From contig OZ024741.1 of assembly GCA_964016885.1 (NCBI GenBank), positions 261,206,001 to 261,270,000 of the forward strand: a stretch of DNA of 64,000 bases, given 5' to 3'. The notes under the pieces are model-generated. The model was not told where the DNA came from. It made no database searches and saw only the letters and a program-made list of their open reading frames with translations. This DNA is from Eledone cirrhosa. Lineage: Eukaryota. Shown here piece after piece: positions 1-14,061 of this stretch (position 1 is the first letter of the stretch; each line of letters begins with the position of its first letter). The translations under genes were made by a program, and so were the position numbers.

Positions 1-965
1 TGTTTCGACTTACGAGTGTTTCGACTTACGAGTGTTTTGACTTACGGTGTTTCGGCTTACGAGTGTTTTGACTTACGAGTGTTTTGACTTACGGGTGTTT
101 TGACATACGAGTGTTTCGATACGAGTGTTCTGACTTACGAGTGTTCTGACTTACGAGTGTTCTGACTTACGAGTGTTCTGACTTACGAGTGGTCTGACTT
201 ACGGGTGTTCTGACTTACGAGTGTTCCGACTTACGAGTGTTTCAGCTTATGAGTGTTTCGACTTACGAGTGCTTCGGTTTCCGAGTGTTTCGACTTACGA
301 ATGTTTCGGCTTACGAGTGTTTCGACTTACGAATATTTTGGCTTACGAGTGTTTCGGCTTACGAGTGTTTCGACTTATGAGTGTTTCGACTTACGAGTGT
401 TTTGACTTATGGTGTTTCGGCTTACGAGTGTTTCGACATACGAGTGTTTTGACTTACGGGGGTTTCGACTTACGGGTGTTTCGACGTAAGAGTGTTTCGA
501 CTTACGAGCGCTTCGACTTACGAGTGTTTCGACTTACGAGTGTTTCGGCGTACGAGTGTTTTAACTTACGAGTGTTTCGACTTACGAGTGCTTTGACTTA
601 CGAATGTTTTGAATTACTTCGACTTACGAGTGATCTGACTTACGAGTGTTCCTACTTACGAGTGTTTCGACTTACGAGTGTTTCGACTTACGAGTGTTCT
701 GACTTACGAGTGTTTTGACTTACGAGTGTTCCGACTTACGAGTGTTTCGACTTACGAGTGTTTTGACTTACGAATGTTCTGACTTACGGGTGTTTCGCCT
801 TACGAGTGTTTCGACTTACGAGTGTTTTAACTTACGGGTGTTTCGACTTACGCGTGTTTCGACTTACAAGTGTTTCGACTTACGAGTGTTTCGACTTACG
901 AATGTTCCGACTTACGAGTGTTTCTACTTACGAGTGTTTCGGCTTACGAGTGTTTCGACTCACGA

Positions 966-1042
966 AAATAACAAGTAGACGCGGTTTCAAATATCTATGC
1001 TTTTCAAATTCATTACATTAATCTTTATTTATACGTTTCGCT
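966..1042 (+). repeat. 77-bp AT-rich linker, copy 1 (haplotype A: CAAGTAG / ATATCTATGC)
   Basis: AAATAACAAGTAGACGCGGTTTCAAATATCTATGCTTTTCAAATTCATTACATTAATCTTTATTTATACGTTTCGCT between ..ACGA and TTACGAG. Confidence 0.97.
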
Positions 1043-4000
1043 TTACGAGTGTTTCGACTTACGAGTGTTTTAACTTACGGTTGTTTCGACTTACGCGTTT
1101 TTCGACTACGAATGTTCCGACTTACGAGTGTTTCGACTTACGAGTGCTTTGACTTACGAATGTTTTGACTTCGACTTACGAGTGATCTGACTTACGAGTG
1201 TTCCTACTTACGAGTGTTTCGACTTACGAGTGTTTCGACTTGCGAGTGTTTCGACTTACGAGTGTTTTGACTTACGAATGTTTTGACTTACGGGTGTTTC
1301 GGCTTACGGGTGTTTCGACTTACGAGTGTTTCGACTTACGAGTGTTCTGACTTACGAGTGTTCTGACTTACGAGTGTTCTGACTTACGAGTGTTCCGACT
1401 TACGAGTGTTTCGGTTTACGAGTGTTTCGACATACGAGTGTTTTGACTTACGGGTGTTTCGACTTACGGGTGTTTCGACTTACGAGTGTTTCGGCTTACG
1501 AGAGTTTCGACTTACTAATGTTTTTACTTACGAGTGTTTCGGTGTACGAATGTTTTGACTTAAGGATGTTTCGACTTACGAGTGTTTCGACTTACAAGTG
1601 TTTCGGCTTACGTGAGTTTCGACTTAAGAGTGTTCTGATTTACGAGTGTTCTGACTTGCGGGTGTTCTGATTTACGAGTGTTCCGACTTACGAGTGTTTC
1701 GGCTTATGAGTGTTTCGACTTACGAGTGTTTCGGCTTACGAGTGTTTCGACTTATGGGTGTTTCGACTTACGAGTGTTTTTACTTACAGTGTTTCGGCTT
1801 ACGAGTGTTTCGACATACGAGTGTTTTGACTTACGGGTGTTTCGGCTTACGAGTGTTTCGACTTACGAGTGTTTCGGCTTACGAGTGTTTCGATTACTAA
1901 TGTTTTTACTTACGAGTGTTTCGGCGTACGAGAGTTTTGACTTACGAGTGTTTCGACTTACGAGTGTTTTGACTTACGAATGTTTTGACTTACGGGTGTT
2001 TCGGCTTATGAGTGTTTCGACTTACGAGTCTTTCGGCTTACGAGTGTTTCGACTTATTAATGTTTTTACTTACGAGTGTTTCGGCGTACGAGTGTTTCGA
2101 CTTACGGGTGTTTTGACTTACGGGTGTTTCGGCTTACGAGTGTTTCGACTTACGAGTGTTTTGACTTAAGGGTGTTTCGACTTACGAGTATTTTTGGCTT
2201 ACGAGTGTTTCGACTTACGAGTGTTTCGACTTACGAGTGTTTCGGCTTACGATTGTTTCGACTTACGAGTGTTTCGGTTTACGAGTGTTTCGACTTATGA
2301 GTGTTTCGACTTACGAGTGTTTCGGCTTACGAGTGTTTCGACTTATGGGTGTTTCGACTTACGAGTGTTTTTACTTACGGTGTTTCGGCTTACGAGTGTT
2401 TCGACATACGAGTGTTTTGACTTACGGGTGTTTCGGCTTACGATTGTTTCGACTTACGAGTGTTTCGGTTTACGAGTGTTTCGGCTTATGAGTGTTTCGA
2501 CTTACGAGTGTTTCGGCTTACGAGTGTTTCGACTTATGGGTGTTTCGACTTACGAGTGTTTTTACTTACGGCGTTTCGGCTTACGAGTGTTTCGACATAC
2601 GAGTGTTTTGACTTACGGGTGTTTCGACTTACGGGTGTTTCGACTTACGAGTGTTTCGGCTTACGAGTGTTTCGACTTACTAATGTTTTTACTTACGAGT
2701 GTTTCGGTGTACGAGTGTTTCGACTTAAGGATGTTTCGACTTGCGAGTGTTTCGCCTTACGTGTGTTTCTGCTTACGTGAGTTTCGAATTAAGAGTGTTC
2801 TGATTTACGAGTGTTCTGACTTGCGGGTGTTCTGATTTACGAGTGTTCCGACTTACGAGTGTTTCGGCTTATGAGTGTTTCGACTTACGAGTGTTTCGGC
2901 TTACGAGTGTTTCGACTTATGGGTGTTTCGACTTACGAGTGTTTTTACTTACGGTGTTTCGGCTTACGAGTGTTTCGACATACGAGTGTTCAGACTTACG
3001 AGTGTTCCGACTTACGAGCGTTCCGACTTACAAGTGTTTCGATTACGAGTGTTAAGACTTACGGGTGTTTTGACATACGAGTGTTTCGATACGTGTGTTT
3101 CGACTTACGAGTGTTACGAGTGTTCTGACTTACGAGTGTTCTGACTTACGAGTGTTCTGACTTACGAGTGTTCTGACTTACGAGCGTTCTGACTTACGAG
3201 TGTTCCGACTTACGAGTGTTTCGGCTTAGGAGTGTTTCGACTTACGAGTGTTCTGACTTACGAGTGTTCCGACTTACGAGCGTTCCGACTTACGAGTGTT
3301 TCGGCTTACAAGTGTTCCGACTTACGAGTGTTTCGACTTACGAGTGTTTTGACTTACGGTGTTTCTGCTTACGAGTGTTTCGACTTACGAGTGTTAAGAC
3401 TTACGGGTGTTTTGACATACGAGTGTTTCGATACGAGTGTTTCGACTTACGAGTGTTACGAGCGTTCTGACTTACGAGTGTTTCGACTTACGATTGTTTT
3501 TTTCACTTACGGGTGTTTCGACTTACGCGTGTTCCGACTTACGAGTGTTTCGACTTACGAGTGTTTCGACTTACGGGTGTTCCGACTTACGAGTGTTTCG
3601 GCTTACGATTGTTTCGACTTACGAGTGTTTCGGTTTACGAGTGTTTCGACTTACGGGTGTTTTGACTTACGATTGTTAGGGCTTACGAATGTTTCGACTT
3701 ACGAGTGTTTCGACTTACGAGTGTTTTGACTTACGGTGTTTCGGCTTACGAGTGTTTTGACTTACGAGTGTTTTGACTTACGGGTGTTTTGACATACGAG
3801 TGTTTCGATACGAGTGTTCTGACTTACGAGTGTTCTGACTTACGAGTGTTCTGACTTACGAGTGTTCAGACTTACGAGTGGTCTGACTTACGGGTGTTCT
3901 GACTTACGAGTGTTCCGACTTACGAGTGTTTCAGCTTATGAGTGTTTCGACTTACGAGTGCTTCGGTTTCCGAGTGTTTCGACTTACGAATGTTTCGGCT

Positions 4001-4654
4001 TACGAGTGTTTCGACTTACGAATATTTTGGCTTACGAGTGTTTCGGCTTACGAGTGTTTCGGCTTATGAGTGTTTCGATTTACGAGTGTTTTGACTTATG
4101 GTATTTCGGCTTACGAGTGTTTCGACATACGAGTGTTTTGACTTACGGGGGTTTCGACTTACGGGTGTTTCGACGTAAGAGTGTTTCGACTTACGAGCGC
4201 TTCGACTTACGAGTGTTTCGACTTACGAGTGTTTCGGCGTACGAGTGTTTTAACTTACGAGTGTTTCGACTTACGAGTGCTTTGACTTACGAATGTTTTG
4301 AATTACTTCGACTTACGAGTGATCTGACTTACGAGTGTTCCTACTTACGAGTGTTTCGACTTACGAGTGTTTCGACTTACGAGTGTTCTGACTTACGAGT
4401 GTTTTGACTTACGAGTGTTCCGACTTACGAGTGTTTCGACTTACGAGTGTTTTGACTTACGAATGTTCTGACTTACGGGTGTTTCGCCTTACGAGTGTTT
4501 CGACTTACGAGTGTTTTAACTTACGGGTGTTTCGACTTACGCGTGTTTCGACTTACAAGTGTTTCGACTTACGAGTGTTTCGACTTACGAATGTTCCGAC
4601 TTACGAGTGTTTCTACTTACGAGTGTTTCGGCTTACGAGTGTTTCGACTCACGA

Positions 4655-4731
4655 AAATAACAAGTAGACGCGGTTTCAAATATCTATGCTTTTCAAATTC
4701 ATTACATTAATCTTTATTTATACGTTTCGCT
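4655..4731 (+). repeat. 77-bp linker, copy 2 (haplotype A)
   Basis: Same sequence as copy 1, offset 3689. Confidence 0.97.
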
Positions 4732-7700
4732 TTACGAGTGTTTCGACTTACGAGTGTTTTAACTTACGGTTGTTTCGACTTACGCGTTTTTCGACTACGA
4801 ATGTTCCGACTTACGAGTGTTTCGACTTACGAGTGCTTTGACTTACGAATGTTTTGACTTCGACTTACGAGTGATCTGACTTACGAGTGTTCCTACTTAC
4901 GAGTGTTTCGACTTACGAGTGTTTCGACTTGCGAGTGTTTCGACTTACGAGTGTTTTGACTTACGAATGTTTTGACTTACGGGTGTTTCGGCTTACGGGT
5001 GTTTCGACTTACGAGTGTTTCGACTTACGAGTGTTCTGACTTACGAGTGTTCTGACTTACGAGTGTTCTGACTTACGAGTGTTCCGACTTACGAGTGTTT
5101 CGGTTTACGAGTGTTTCGACATACGAGTGTTTTGACTTACGGGTGTTTCGACTTACGGGTGTTTCGACTTACGAGTGTTTCGGCTTACGAGAGTTTCGAC
5201 TTACTAATGTTTTTACTTACGAGTGTTTCGGTGTACGAATGTTTTGACTTAAGGATGTTTCGACTTACGAGTGTTTCGACTTACGAGTGTTTCGGCTTAC
5301 GTGAGTTTCGACTTAAGAGTGTTCTGATTTACGAGTGTTCTGACTTGCGGGTGTTCTGATTTACGAGTGTTCCGACTTACGAGTGTTTCGGCTTATGAGT
5401 GTTTCGACTTACGAGTGTTTCGGCTTACGAGTGTTTCGACTTATGGGTGTTTCGACTTACGAGTGTTTTTACTTACAGTGTTTCGGCTTACGAGTGTTTC
5501 GACATACGAGTGTTTTGACTTACGGGTGTTTCGGCTTACGAGTGTTTCGACTTACGAGTGTTTCGGCTTACGAGTGTTTCGATTACTAATGTTTTTACTT
5601 ACGAGTGTTTCGGCGTACGAGAGTTTTGACTTACGAGTGTTTCGACTTACGAGTGTTTTGACTTACGAATGTTTTGACTTACGGGTGTTTCGGCTTATGA
5701 GTGTTTCGACTTACGAGTCTTTCGGCTTACGAGTGTTTAGACTTATTAATGTTTTTACTTACGAGTGTTTCGGCGTACGAGTGTTTCGACTTACGGGTGT
5801 TTTGACTTACGGGTGTTTCGGCTTACGAGTGTTTCGACTTACGAGTGTTTTGACTTAAGGGTGTTTCGACTTACGAGTATTTTTGGCTTACGAGTGTTTC
5901 GACTTACGAGTGTTTCGACTTACGAGTGTTTCGGCTTACGATTGTTTCGACTTACGAGTGTTTCGGTTTACGAGTGTTTCGACTTATGAGTGTTTCGACT
6001 TACGAGTGTTTCGGCTTACGAGTGTTTCGACTTATGGGTGTTTCGACTTACGAGTGTTTTTACTTACGGTGTTTCGGCTTACGAGTGTTTCGACATACGA
6101 GTGTTTTGACTTACGGGTGTTTCGGCTTACGATTGTTTCGACTTACGAGTGTTTCGGTTTACGAGTGTTTCGGCTTATGAGTGTTTCGACTTACGAGTGT
6201 TTCGGCTTACGAGTGTTTCGACTTATGGGTGTTTCGACTTACGAGTGTTTTTACTTACGGTGTTTCGGCTTACGAGTGTTTCGACATACGAGTGTTTTGA
6301 CTTACGGGTGTTTCGGCTTACGAGTGTTTCGACTTACGAGTGTTTCGGCTTACGAGTGTTTCGACTTACTAATGTTTTTGCTTACGAGTGTTTCGGCGTA
6401 CGAGTGTTTCGACTTACGAGTGTTTCGACTTACGGGTGTTTTGACTTACGGGTGTTTCGGCTTACGAGTGTTTCGACTTACGAGTATTTTGACTTACGGG
6501 TGTTTTGACATACGAGTGTTTCGATACGAGTGTTCTGACTTACGAGTGTTCTGACTTACGAGTGTTTTGACTTACGAGTGTTCTGACTTACGAGTGTTCC
6601 GACTTACGAGTGTTCCGACTTACGAGTGTTTCGGCTTACGAGTGTTTCCGGCTTACGAGTGTTTCGACTTCCGAGTGTTTTGACTTACGGTGTTTCGGCT
6701 TACGAGTGATTCGACTTACGAGTGTTTTGACTTACGGGTGATTTGACTTACGGGTGTTGTGAATTACGAGTGTTCCGATTTACGAGTGTTTTGACTTACG
6801 GTGTTTCGGCTTACGAGTGATTCGACTTACGAATGTTTTGACTTACTGGTGTTTCGGCTTGCGAGTGTTTCGACTTACGAGTGTTTCGGCTTATGGGTGT
6901 TTCGACTTACTAATGTTTTTACTTACGACTGTTTCGGCGTACGAGTGTTTTGACTTACGAGTGTTTCGACTTACGAGTGTTTCGACTTACGAGTGTTTCG
7001 GCTTACGTGAGTTTCGACTTAAGAGTGTTCTGATTTACGAGTGTTCTGACTTGCGGGTGTTCTGATTTAGGAGTGTTCCGACTTACGAGTGTTTCGGCTT
7101 ATTAGTGTTTCGACTTACGAGTGTTTCGGCTTACGAGTGTTTCGACTTATGGGTGTTTCGACTTACGAGTGTTTTTACTTACGGTGTTTCGGCTTACGAG
7201 TGTTTCGACATACGAGTGTTTTGACTTACGGGTGTTTCGACTTACGAGTGTTTTGACTTACGAATGTTTTGAGTTACGGGTGTTTCGGCTTACGAGTGTT
7301 TCGACTTACGAGTGTTTAGGCTCACGAGTGTTTCGACTTACTAATGTTCTTACGAGTGTTTCGGCGTACGAGAGTTTTGACTTACGAGTGTTTCGACTTA
7401 CGAGTGTTTCGACTTAGGAGTGTTTTGACTTACGAATGTTTTGACTTACGGGTGTTTCGGCTTACGAGTGTTTCGACTTACGAGTCTTTCGGCTTACGAG
7501 TGTTTCGACTTACTAATGTTTTTACTTACGAGTGTTTCGGCGTACGAGTGTTTCGACTTACGAGTGTTTCGACTTACGGGTGTTTTGACTTACGGGTGTT
7601 TCGGCTTACGAGTGTTTTGACTTACGAGTGTTTTGACTTAAGGGTGTTTCGACTTACGAGTATTTCTGGCTTACGAGTGTTTCGACTTACGAGTGTTTTG

Positions 7701-10700
7701 ACTTACGAGTGTTCTGATTTACGGATGTTTCGACATACGAGTGTTTCGATTACGAGTGTTTCGACTTATGAGTGTTTCGACTTACGAGTGTTTCGGCTTA
7801 TGAGTGTTTCGACTTACGAGTGCTTCGGCTTACGAGTGTTTCGACTTACGAGTATTTCGGCTTACGAGTGTTTCGACGTACGAATGTTTTGGCTTACGAG
7901 TGTTTCGGCTTATGAGTGTTTAGGCTTACGAGTGTTTCGACTTACGAGTGTTTCGGCTTACGAGTGTTTCAGTGTTTCGGCTTACGTGTGTTTCGACTTA
8001 CGAGTGTTTCGACTTACGACTGTTTCGGCTTACGAGTGTATCGGCTTACGAGTGTTTCGGCTTACGAGTGTTTTGACTTACGAGTGTTTTGACTTACGAT
8101 TTTTGGCTTACGAGTGTTCTGACTTACGGGTGTTCTGACTTACGAGTGTTCCGACTTACGAGTGTTTCGGCTTATGAGGGTTTCGACTTACGAGTGCTTC
8201 GGCTTACGAGTGTTCTGACTTACGGGTGTTCTGACTTACGAGTGTTCCGACTTACGAGTGTTTCGGCTTATGAGGGTTTCGACTTACGAGTGCTTCGGCT
8301 TACGAGTGTTTCGACTTACGAGTGTTATGACTTACGGGTGTTTTGACATACGAGTGTTTCAACTTACGAGTGTTTTGACTTACGGGTGTTTTGACATACG
8401 AGTGTTTCGATACGAGTGTTCTGACTTACGAGTGTTCTGACTTACGAGTGTTCTGACTTACGAGTGTTTCGACATACGAGTGTTTTGACTTACGTGTGTT
8501 TCGACTTACGAGTGTTTTGACTTACGAATGTTTTGACTTACGTGTGTTTCGGCTTACGAGTGTTTCGACTTACTAATGTTTTTACTTACGGGTGTTTCGG
8601 CGTACGAGAGTTTTGACTTACGAGTGTTTCGACTTACGAATGTTTCGACTTACGAGTATTTTGACTTACGAATGTTTTGACTTACGGGTGTTTCGGCTTA
8701 CGAGTGTTTCGACTTACGAGTGTTTCGTCTTACGAGTGATTCGACTTACTAATGTTTTTACTTACGAGTGTTTCGGCGTACGAGAGTTTTGACTTACGAG
8801 TGTTTCGACTTACGAGTGTTTCGACTTACGAGTATTTTGACTTACGAATGTTTTGACTTACGGGTGTTTCGGCTTACGAGTGTTTCGACTTACAAGTCTT
8901 TCGGCTTACGGGTGTTTTGACTTACGAGTGTTTTGACTTAAGGGTGTTTCGACATACGAGTATTTTTGGCTTACGAGTGTTTCGACTTACGAGTGTTTTG
9001 ACTTACGAGTGTTCTGATTTACGGATGTTTCGACATACGAGTGTTTCGACTTACGAGTGTTTCGACTTATGAGTGTTTCGACTTACGAGTGTTTCGACTT
9101 ACGAGTGTTTCGACTTACGAGTGTTTCGGCTTATGATTGTTTCGACTTACGAGTGTTTTGACTTACGGTGTTTCAGCTTACGAGTGTTTCGACTTACGAG
9201 TGTTTTGACTTACGGGTGTTTTGACATACGAGTGTTTCGATACGAGTGTTCTGACTTACGAGTGTTCTTTTTTACGAGTGTTTTGACTTACGAGTGTTCT
9301 GACTTACGAGTGTTCCGACTTACGAGTGTTCCGACTTACGAGTGTTTCGGCTTACGAGTGTTTCCGGCTTACGAGTATTTCGACTTACGAGTGTTTTGAC
9401 TGACGGTGTTTCGGCTTACGAGTGATTCGACTTACGAGTGTTTTGACTTACGGGTGCTTTGACTTACGGGTGTTGTGAAATACGAGTGTTCCGATTTACG
9501 AGTGTTTTGACTTACGGTGTTTCGGCTTACGAGTGATTCGACTTACGAATGTTTTGACTTACAGGGTGTTTCGGCTTGCGAGTGTTTCGACTTACGAGTG
9601 TTTCGGCTTATGAGTGTTTCGACTTACTAATGTTTTTACTTACGAGTGTTCTGACTTACGAGTGTTCCGACTTACGAGTGTTCCGACTTACGAGTGTTTC
9701 TGCTTACGAGTGTTTCCGGCTTACGAGTGTTTCGACTTACGAGTGTTTCGACTTACGAGTGTTTTGACTTACGGTGTTTCGACTTACGAGTGATTCGACT
9801 TACGAGTGTTTTGACTTACGGGTGTTTTGACTTACGGGTGTTGTGAATTACCAGTGTTCCGATTTACGAGTGTTTTGACTTACGGTGTTTCGGCTTACGA
9901 GTGATTCGACTTACGAATTTTTTGACTTACGGGTGTTTCGGCTTGCTAGTGTTTCGACTTACGAGTGTTTCGGCTTATGAGTGTTTTGACTTACTACTGT
10001 TTTTACTTAAGAGTGTTTCGGCGTACGAGTGTTTTGACTTACGAGTGTTTCGACTTACGAGTGTTTCGACTTATGAGTGTTTCGGCTTACGTGAGTTTCG
10101 ACTTAAGAGTGTTCTGATTTACGAGTGTTCTGACTTGCGGGTGTTCTGATTTACGAGTGTTCCGACTTACGAGTGTTTCGTCTTATGAGTGTTTCGACTT
10201 ACGAGTGTTTCGGCTTACGAGTGTTTCGACTTAAGAGTCTTTCGGCTTACGAGTGTTTCGGCGTACGAGTGTTTCGACTTACGGGTGTTTTGACTTACGG
10301 GTGTTTCGGCTTACGAGTGTTTTGACTTACGGGTGTTTTGACTTAAGGGTGTTTCGACTTACGAGTATTTTTGGCTTACGAGTGTTTCGACTTACGAGTG
10401 TTTTGAATTACGAGTGTTCTGATTTACGGATGTTTCGACATACGAGTGTTTCGACTTACGAGTGTTTCGACTTATGAGTGTTTCGACTTACGAGTGTTTC
10501 GACTTACGAGTGTTTCGGCTTATGAGTGTTTCGACTTACGAGTGTTTTGACTTACGGTGTTTCGGCTTACGAGTGTTTCGACTTACGAGTGTTTTGACTT
10601 ACGGGTGTTTTGACATACGAGTGTTTCGATACGAGTGTTCTGACTTACGAGTGTTCTGACTTACGAGTGTTTTTACTTACGAGTGTTTCGGCGTACGAGT

Positions 10701-13700
10701 GTTTCGACTTACGAGTGTTTCGACTTACGGGTGTTTTGACTTACTGGTGTTTCGGCTTACGAGTGTTTCGACTTACGAGTGTTTTGACTGAAGGGTGTTT
10801 CGACGTACGAGTATTTTTGGCTTACGAGTGTTTCGACTTACGAGTGTTTTGACTTACGAGTGTTCTGATTTACGGATGTTTCGACATACTAGTGTTTCGA
10901 CTTACGAGTGTTTCGACTTATGAGTGTTTCGACTTACGAGTGTTTCGGCTTACGAGTGTTTCGACTTACGAGTGTTTTGACTTACGATGTTTCGGCTTAC
11001 GAGTGTTTCGACTTACGAGTGTTTTGACTTACGGGTGTTTTGACATACGAGTGTTTCGATACGAGTGTTCTGACTTACGAGTGTTCTGACTTACGAGTGT
11101 TTTGACTTACGAGTGTTTCGGCTTACGAGTGTTTCCGGCTTACGAGTGTTTCGACTTCCGAGTGTTTTGACTTACGGTGTTTCGGCTTACGAGTGATTCG
11201 ACTTACGAGTGTTTTGACTTACGGGTGATTTGACTTACGGGTGTTGTGAATTACGAGTGTTCCGATTTACGAGTGTTTTGACTTACGGTGTTTCGGCTTA
11301 CGAGTGATTCGACTTACGAATGTTTTTACTTACGAGTGTTTCGGCGTACGAGTGTTTTGACTTACGAGTGTTTCGACTTACGAGTATTTCGACTTACGAG
11401 TGTTTCGGCTTACGTGAGTTTCGACTTAACTGTGTTCTGATTTACGAGTGTTCTGACTTGCGGGTGTTCTGATTTACGAGTGTTCCGACTTACGAGTGTT
11501 TCGGCTTATGAGTGTTTCGACTTACGAGTGTTTCGGCTTACGAGTGTTTCGACTTATGGGTGTTTCGACTTACGAGTGTTTTTACTTACGGTGTTTCGGC
11601 TTACGAGTGTTTCGACATACGAGTGTTTTGACTTACGGGTGTTTCGACTTACGAGTGTTTTGACTTACGAATGTTTTGACTTACGGGTGTTTCGGCTTAC
11701 GAGTGTTTCGACTTACTAATGTTCTTACTTACGAGTGTTTCGGCGTACGAGAGTTTTGACTTACGAGTGTTTCGACTTACGAGTGTTTTGACTTACGAAT
11801 GTTTTGACTTACGGGTGTTTAGGCTTATGAGTGTTTCGACTTACTAATGTTTTTACTTACGAGTGTTCTGACTTACGAGTGTTCCGACTTACGAGTGTTC
11901 CGACTTACGAGTGTTTCGGCTTACGAGCGTTTCCGGCTTACGAGTGTTTCGACTTACGAGTGTTTCGACTTACGAGTGTTTTGACTTACGGGTGTTGTGA
12001 ATTACCAGTGTTCCGATTTACGAGTGTTTTGACTTACGGTGTTTCGGCTTACGAGTGATTCGACTTACGAATTTTTTGACTTACGGGTGTTTCGGCTTGC
12101 TAGTGTTTCGACTTACGAGTGTTTCGGCTTATGAGTGTTTTGACTTACTACTGTTTTTACTTAAGACTGTTTCGGCGTACGAGTGTTTTGACTTACGAGT
12201 GTTTCGACTTACGAGTGTTTCGACTTATGAGTGTTTCGGCTTACGTGAGTTTCGACTTAAGAGTGTTCTGATTTACGAGTGTTCTGACTTGCGGGTGTTC
12301 TGATTTACGAGTGTTCCGACTTACGAATGTTTCGTCTTATGAGTGTTTCGACTTACGAGTGTTTCGGCTTACGAGTGTTTCGACTTACGAGTCTTTCGGC
12401 TTACGAGTGTTTCGGCGTACGAGTGTTTCGACTTACGAGTGTTTCGACTTACGGGTGTTTTGACTTACGGGTGTTTCGGCTTACGAGTGTTTTGACTTAC
12501 GGGTGTTTTGACTTAAGGGTGTTTCGACTTACGAGTATTTTTGGCTTACGAGTGTTTCGACTTACGAGTGTTTTGAATTACGAGTGTTCTGATTTACGGA
12601 TGTTTCGACATACGAGTGTTTCGACTTACGAGTGTTTCGACTTATGAGTGTTTCGACTTACGAGTGTTTCGACTTACGAGTGTTTCGGCTTATGAGTGTT
12701 TCGACTTACGAGTGTTTTGACTTACGGTGTTTCGGCTTACGAGTGTTTCGACTTACGAGTGTTTTGACTTACGGGTGTTTTGACATACGAGTGTTTCGAT
12801 ACGAGTGTTCTGACTTACGAGTGTTCTGACTTACGAGTGTTTTGACTTACGAGTGTTCTGACTTACGAGTGTTCCGACTTACGAGTGTTCCGACTTACGA
12901 GTGTTTCGGCTTACGAGTGTTTCCGGATTACGAGTGTTTCGACTTACGAGTGTTTTGACTTACGGTGTTTCGGCTTACGAGTGATTCGACTTACGAGTGT
13001 TCCGACTTACGAGTGTTCCGACTTACGAGTGTTTCGGCTTACGAGTGTTTCCGGCTTACGAGTGTTTCGAATTACGGGTGTTTTGACTTACGGGTGTTGT
13101 GAATTACGAGTGTTCCGATTTACGAGTGTTTCGGCTCATGAGTGTTTCGACTTACGAGTGTTTCGGCTTACGAGTGTTTCGACTTATGGGTGTTTCGACT
13201 TACGAGTGTTTTTACTTACGGTGTTTCGGCTTACGAGTGTTTCGACATACGAGTGTTCAGACTTACGAGTGTTCCGACTTACGAGCGTTCCGACTTACGA
13301 GTGTTTTGACTTATGGGTGTTTTGACATACGAGTGTTTCGATACGAGTGCTCTGACTTACGAGTGTTCTGACTTACGAGTGTTCTGACCTACGAGTGTTC
13401 TGACTTACGGGTGTTCTGACTTACGTGTGTTCCGACTTACGAGTGTTTCAGCTATGGGTGTTTCGACTTACGAGTGTTTCGACTTACGAATGTTTTGGCT
13501 TACGAGTGTTTCGGCTTACGAGTGTTTCGACTTACGAATGTTTTGGCTTACGAGTGTTTCGGCTTACGGGTGTTTCGACTTACGAGTGTTTCGACTTACG
13601 AGTGTTTTGACTTACGGTGTTTCGGCTTACGAGTTATTCGACATACGAGTGTTTCGACTTACGGGTGTTTCGACTTACGGGTGTTTCGACTTACGAGTGT

Positions 13701-13984
13701 TTCGACTTATGAGTGTTTCGACTTACGAGTGTTCTGACTTACGAGTGTTCTGACTTACGATTGTTCCGACTTACGAGTGTTTCGGTTTACGAGTGTTTCG
13801 ACACACGAGTGTTTTGACTTACGGGGGTTTCGACTTACGGGTGTTTCGACTTACGAGTGTTTCGGCTTACGAGTGTTTCGACTTACTAATGTTTTTACTT
13901 ACGAGTGTTTCGGTGTACGAGTGTTTCGACTTAAGGCTGTTTCGACTTACGAGTGTTTCGACTTACGAGTGGTTCGACTTACGA

Positions 13985-14061
13985 AAATAACAAATAGACG
14001 CGGTTTCAAATCTCTATGATTTTCAAATTCATTACATTAATCTTTATTTATACGTTTCGCT
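13985..14061 (+). repeat. 77-bp linker, copy 3 (haplotype B: CAAATAG / ATCTCTATGA)
   Basis: Three substitutions relative to haplotype A. Confidence 0.97.

Larger units (their letters stand above)
1..6380 (+). repeat. Higher-order duplication with 3689-bp offset (1-~2690 repeated at 3690-~6380)
   Basis: Rare variants and ORF-track entries recur at +3689 (715/4404, 1422/5111, 2237/5926; linker 966/4655; shared GACTCACGAAAA). Confidence 0.93.
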
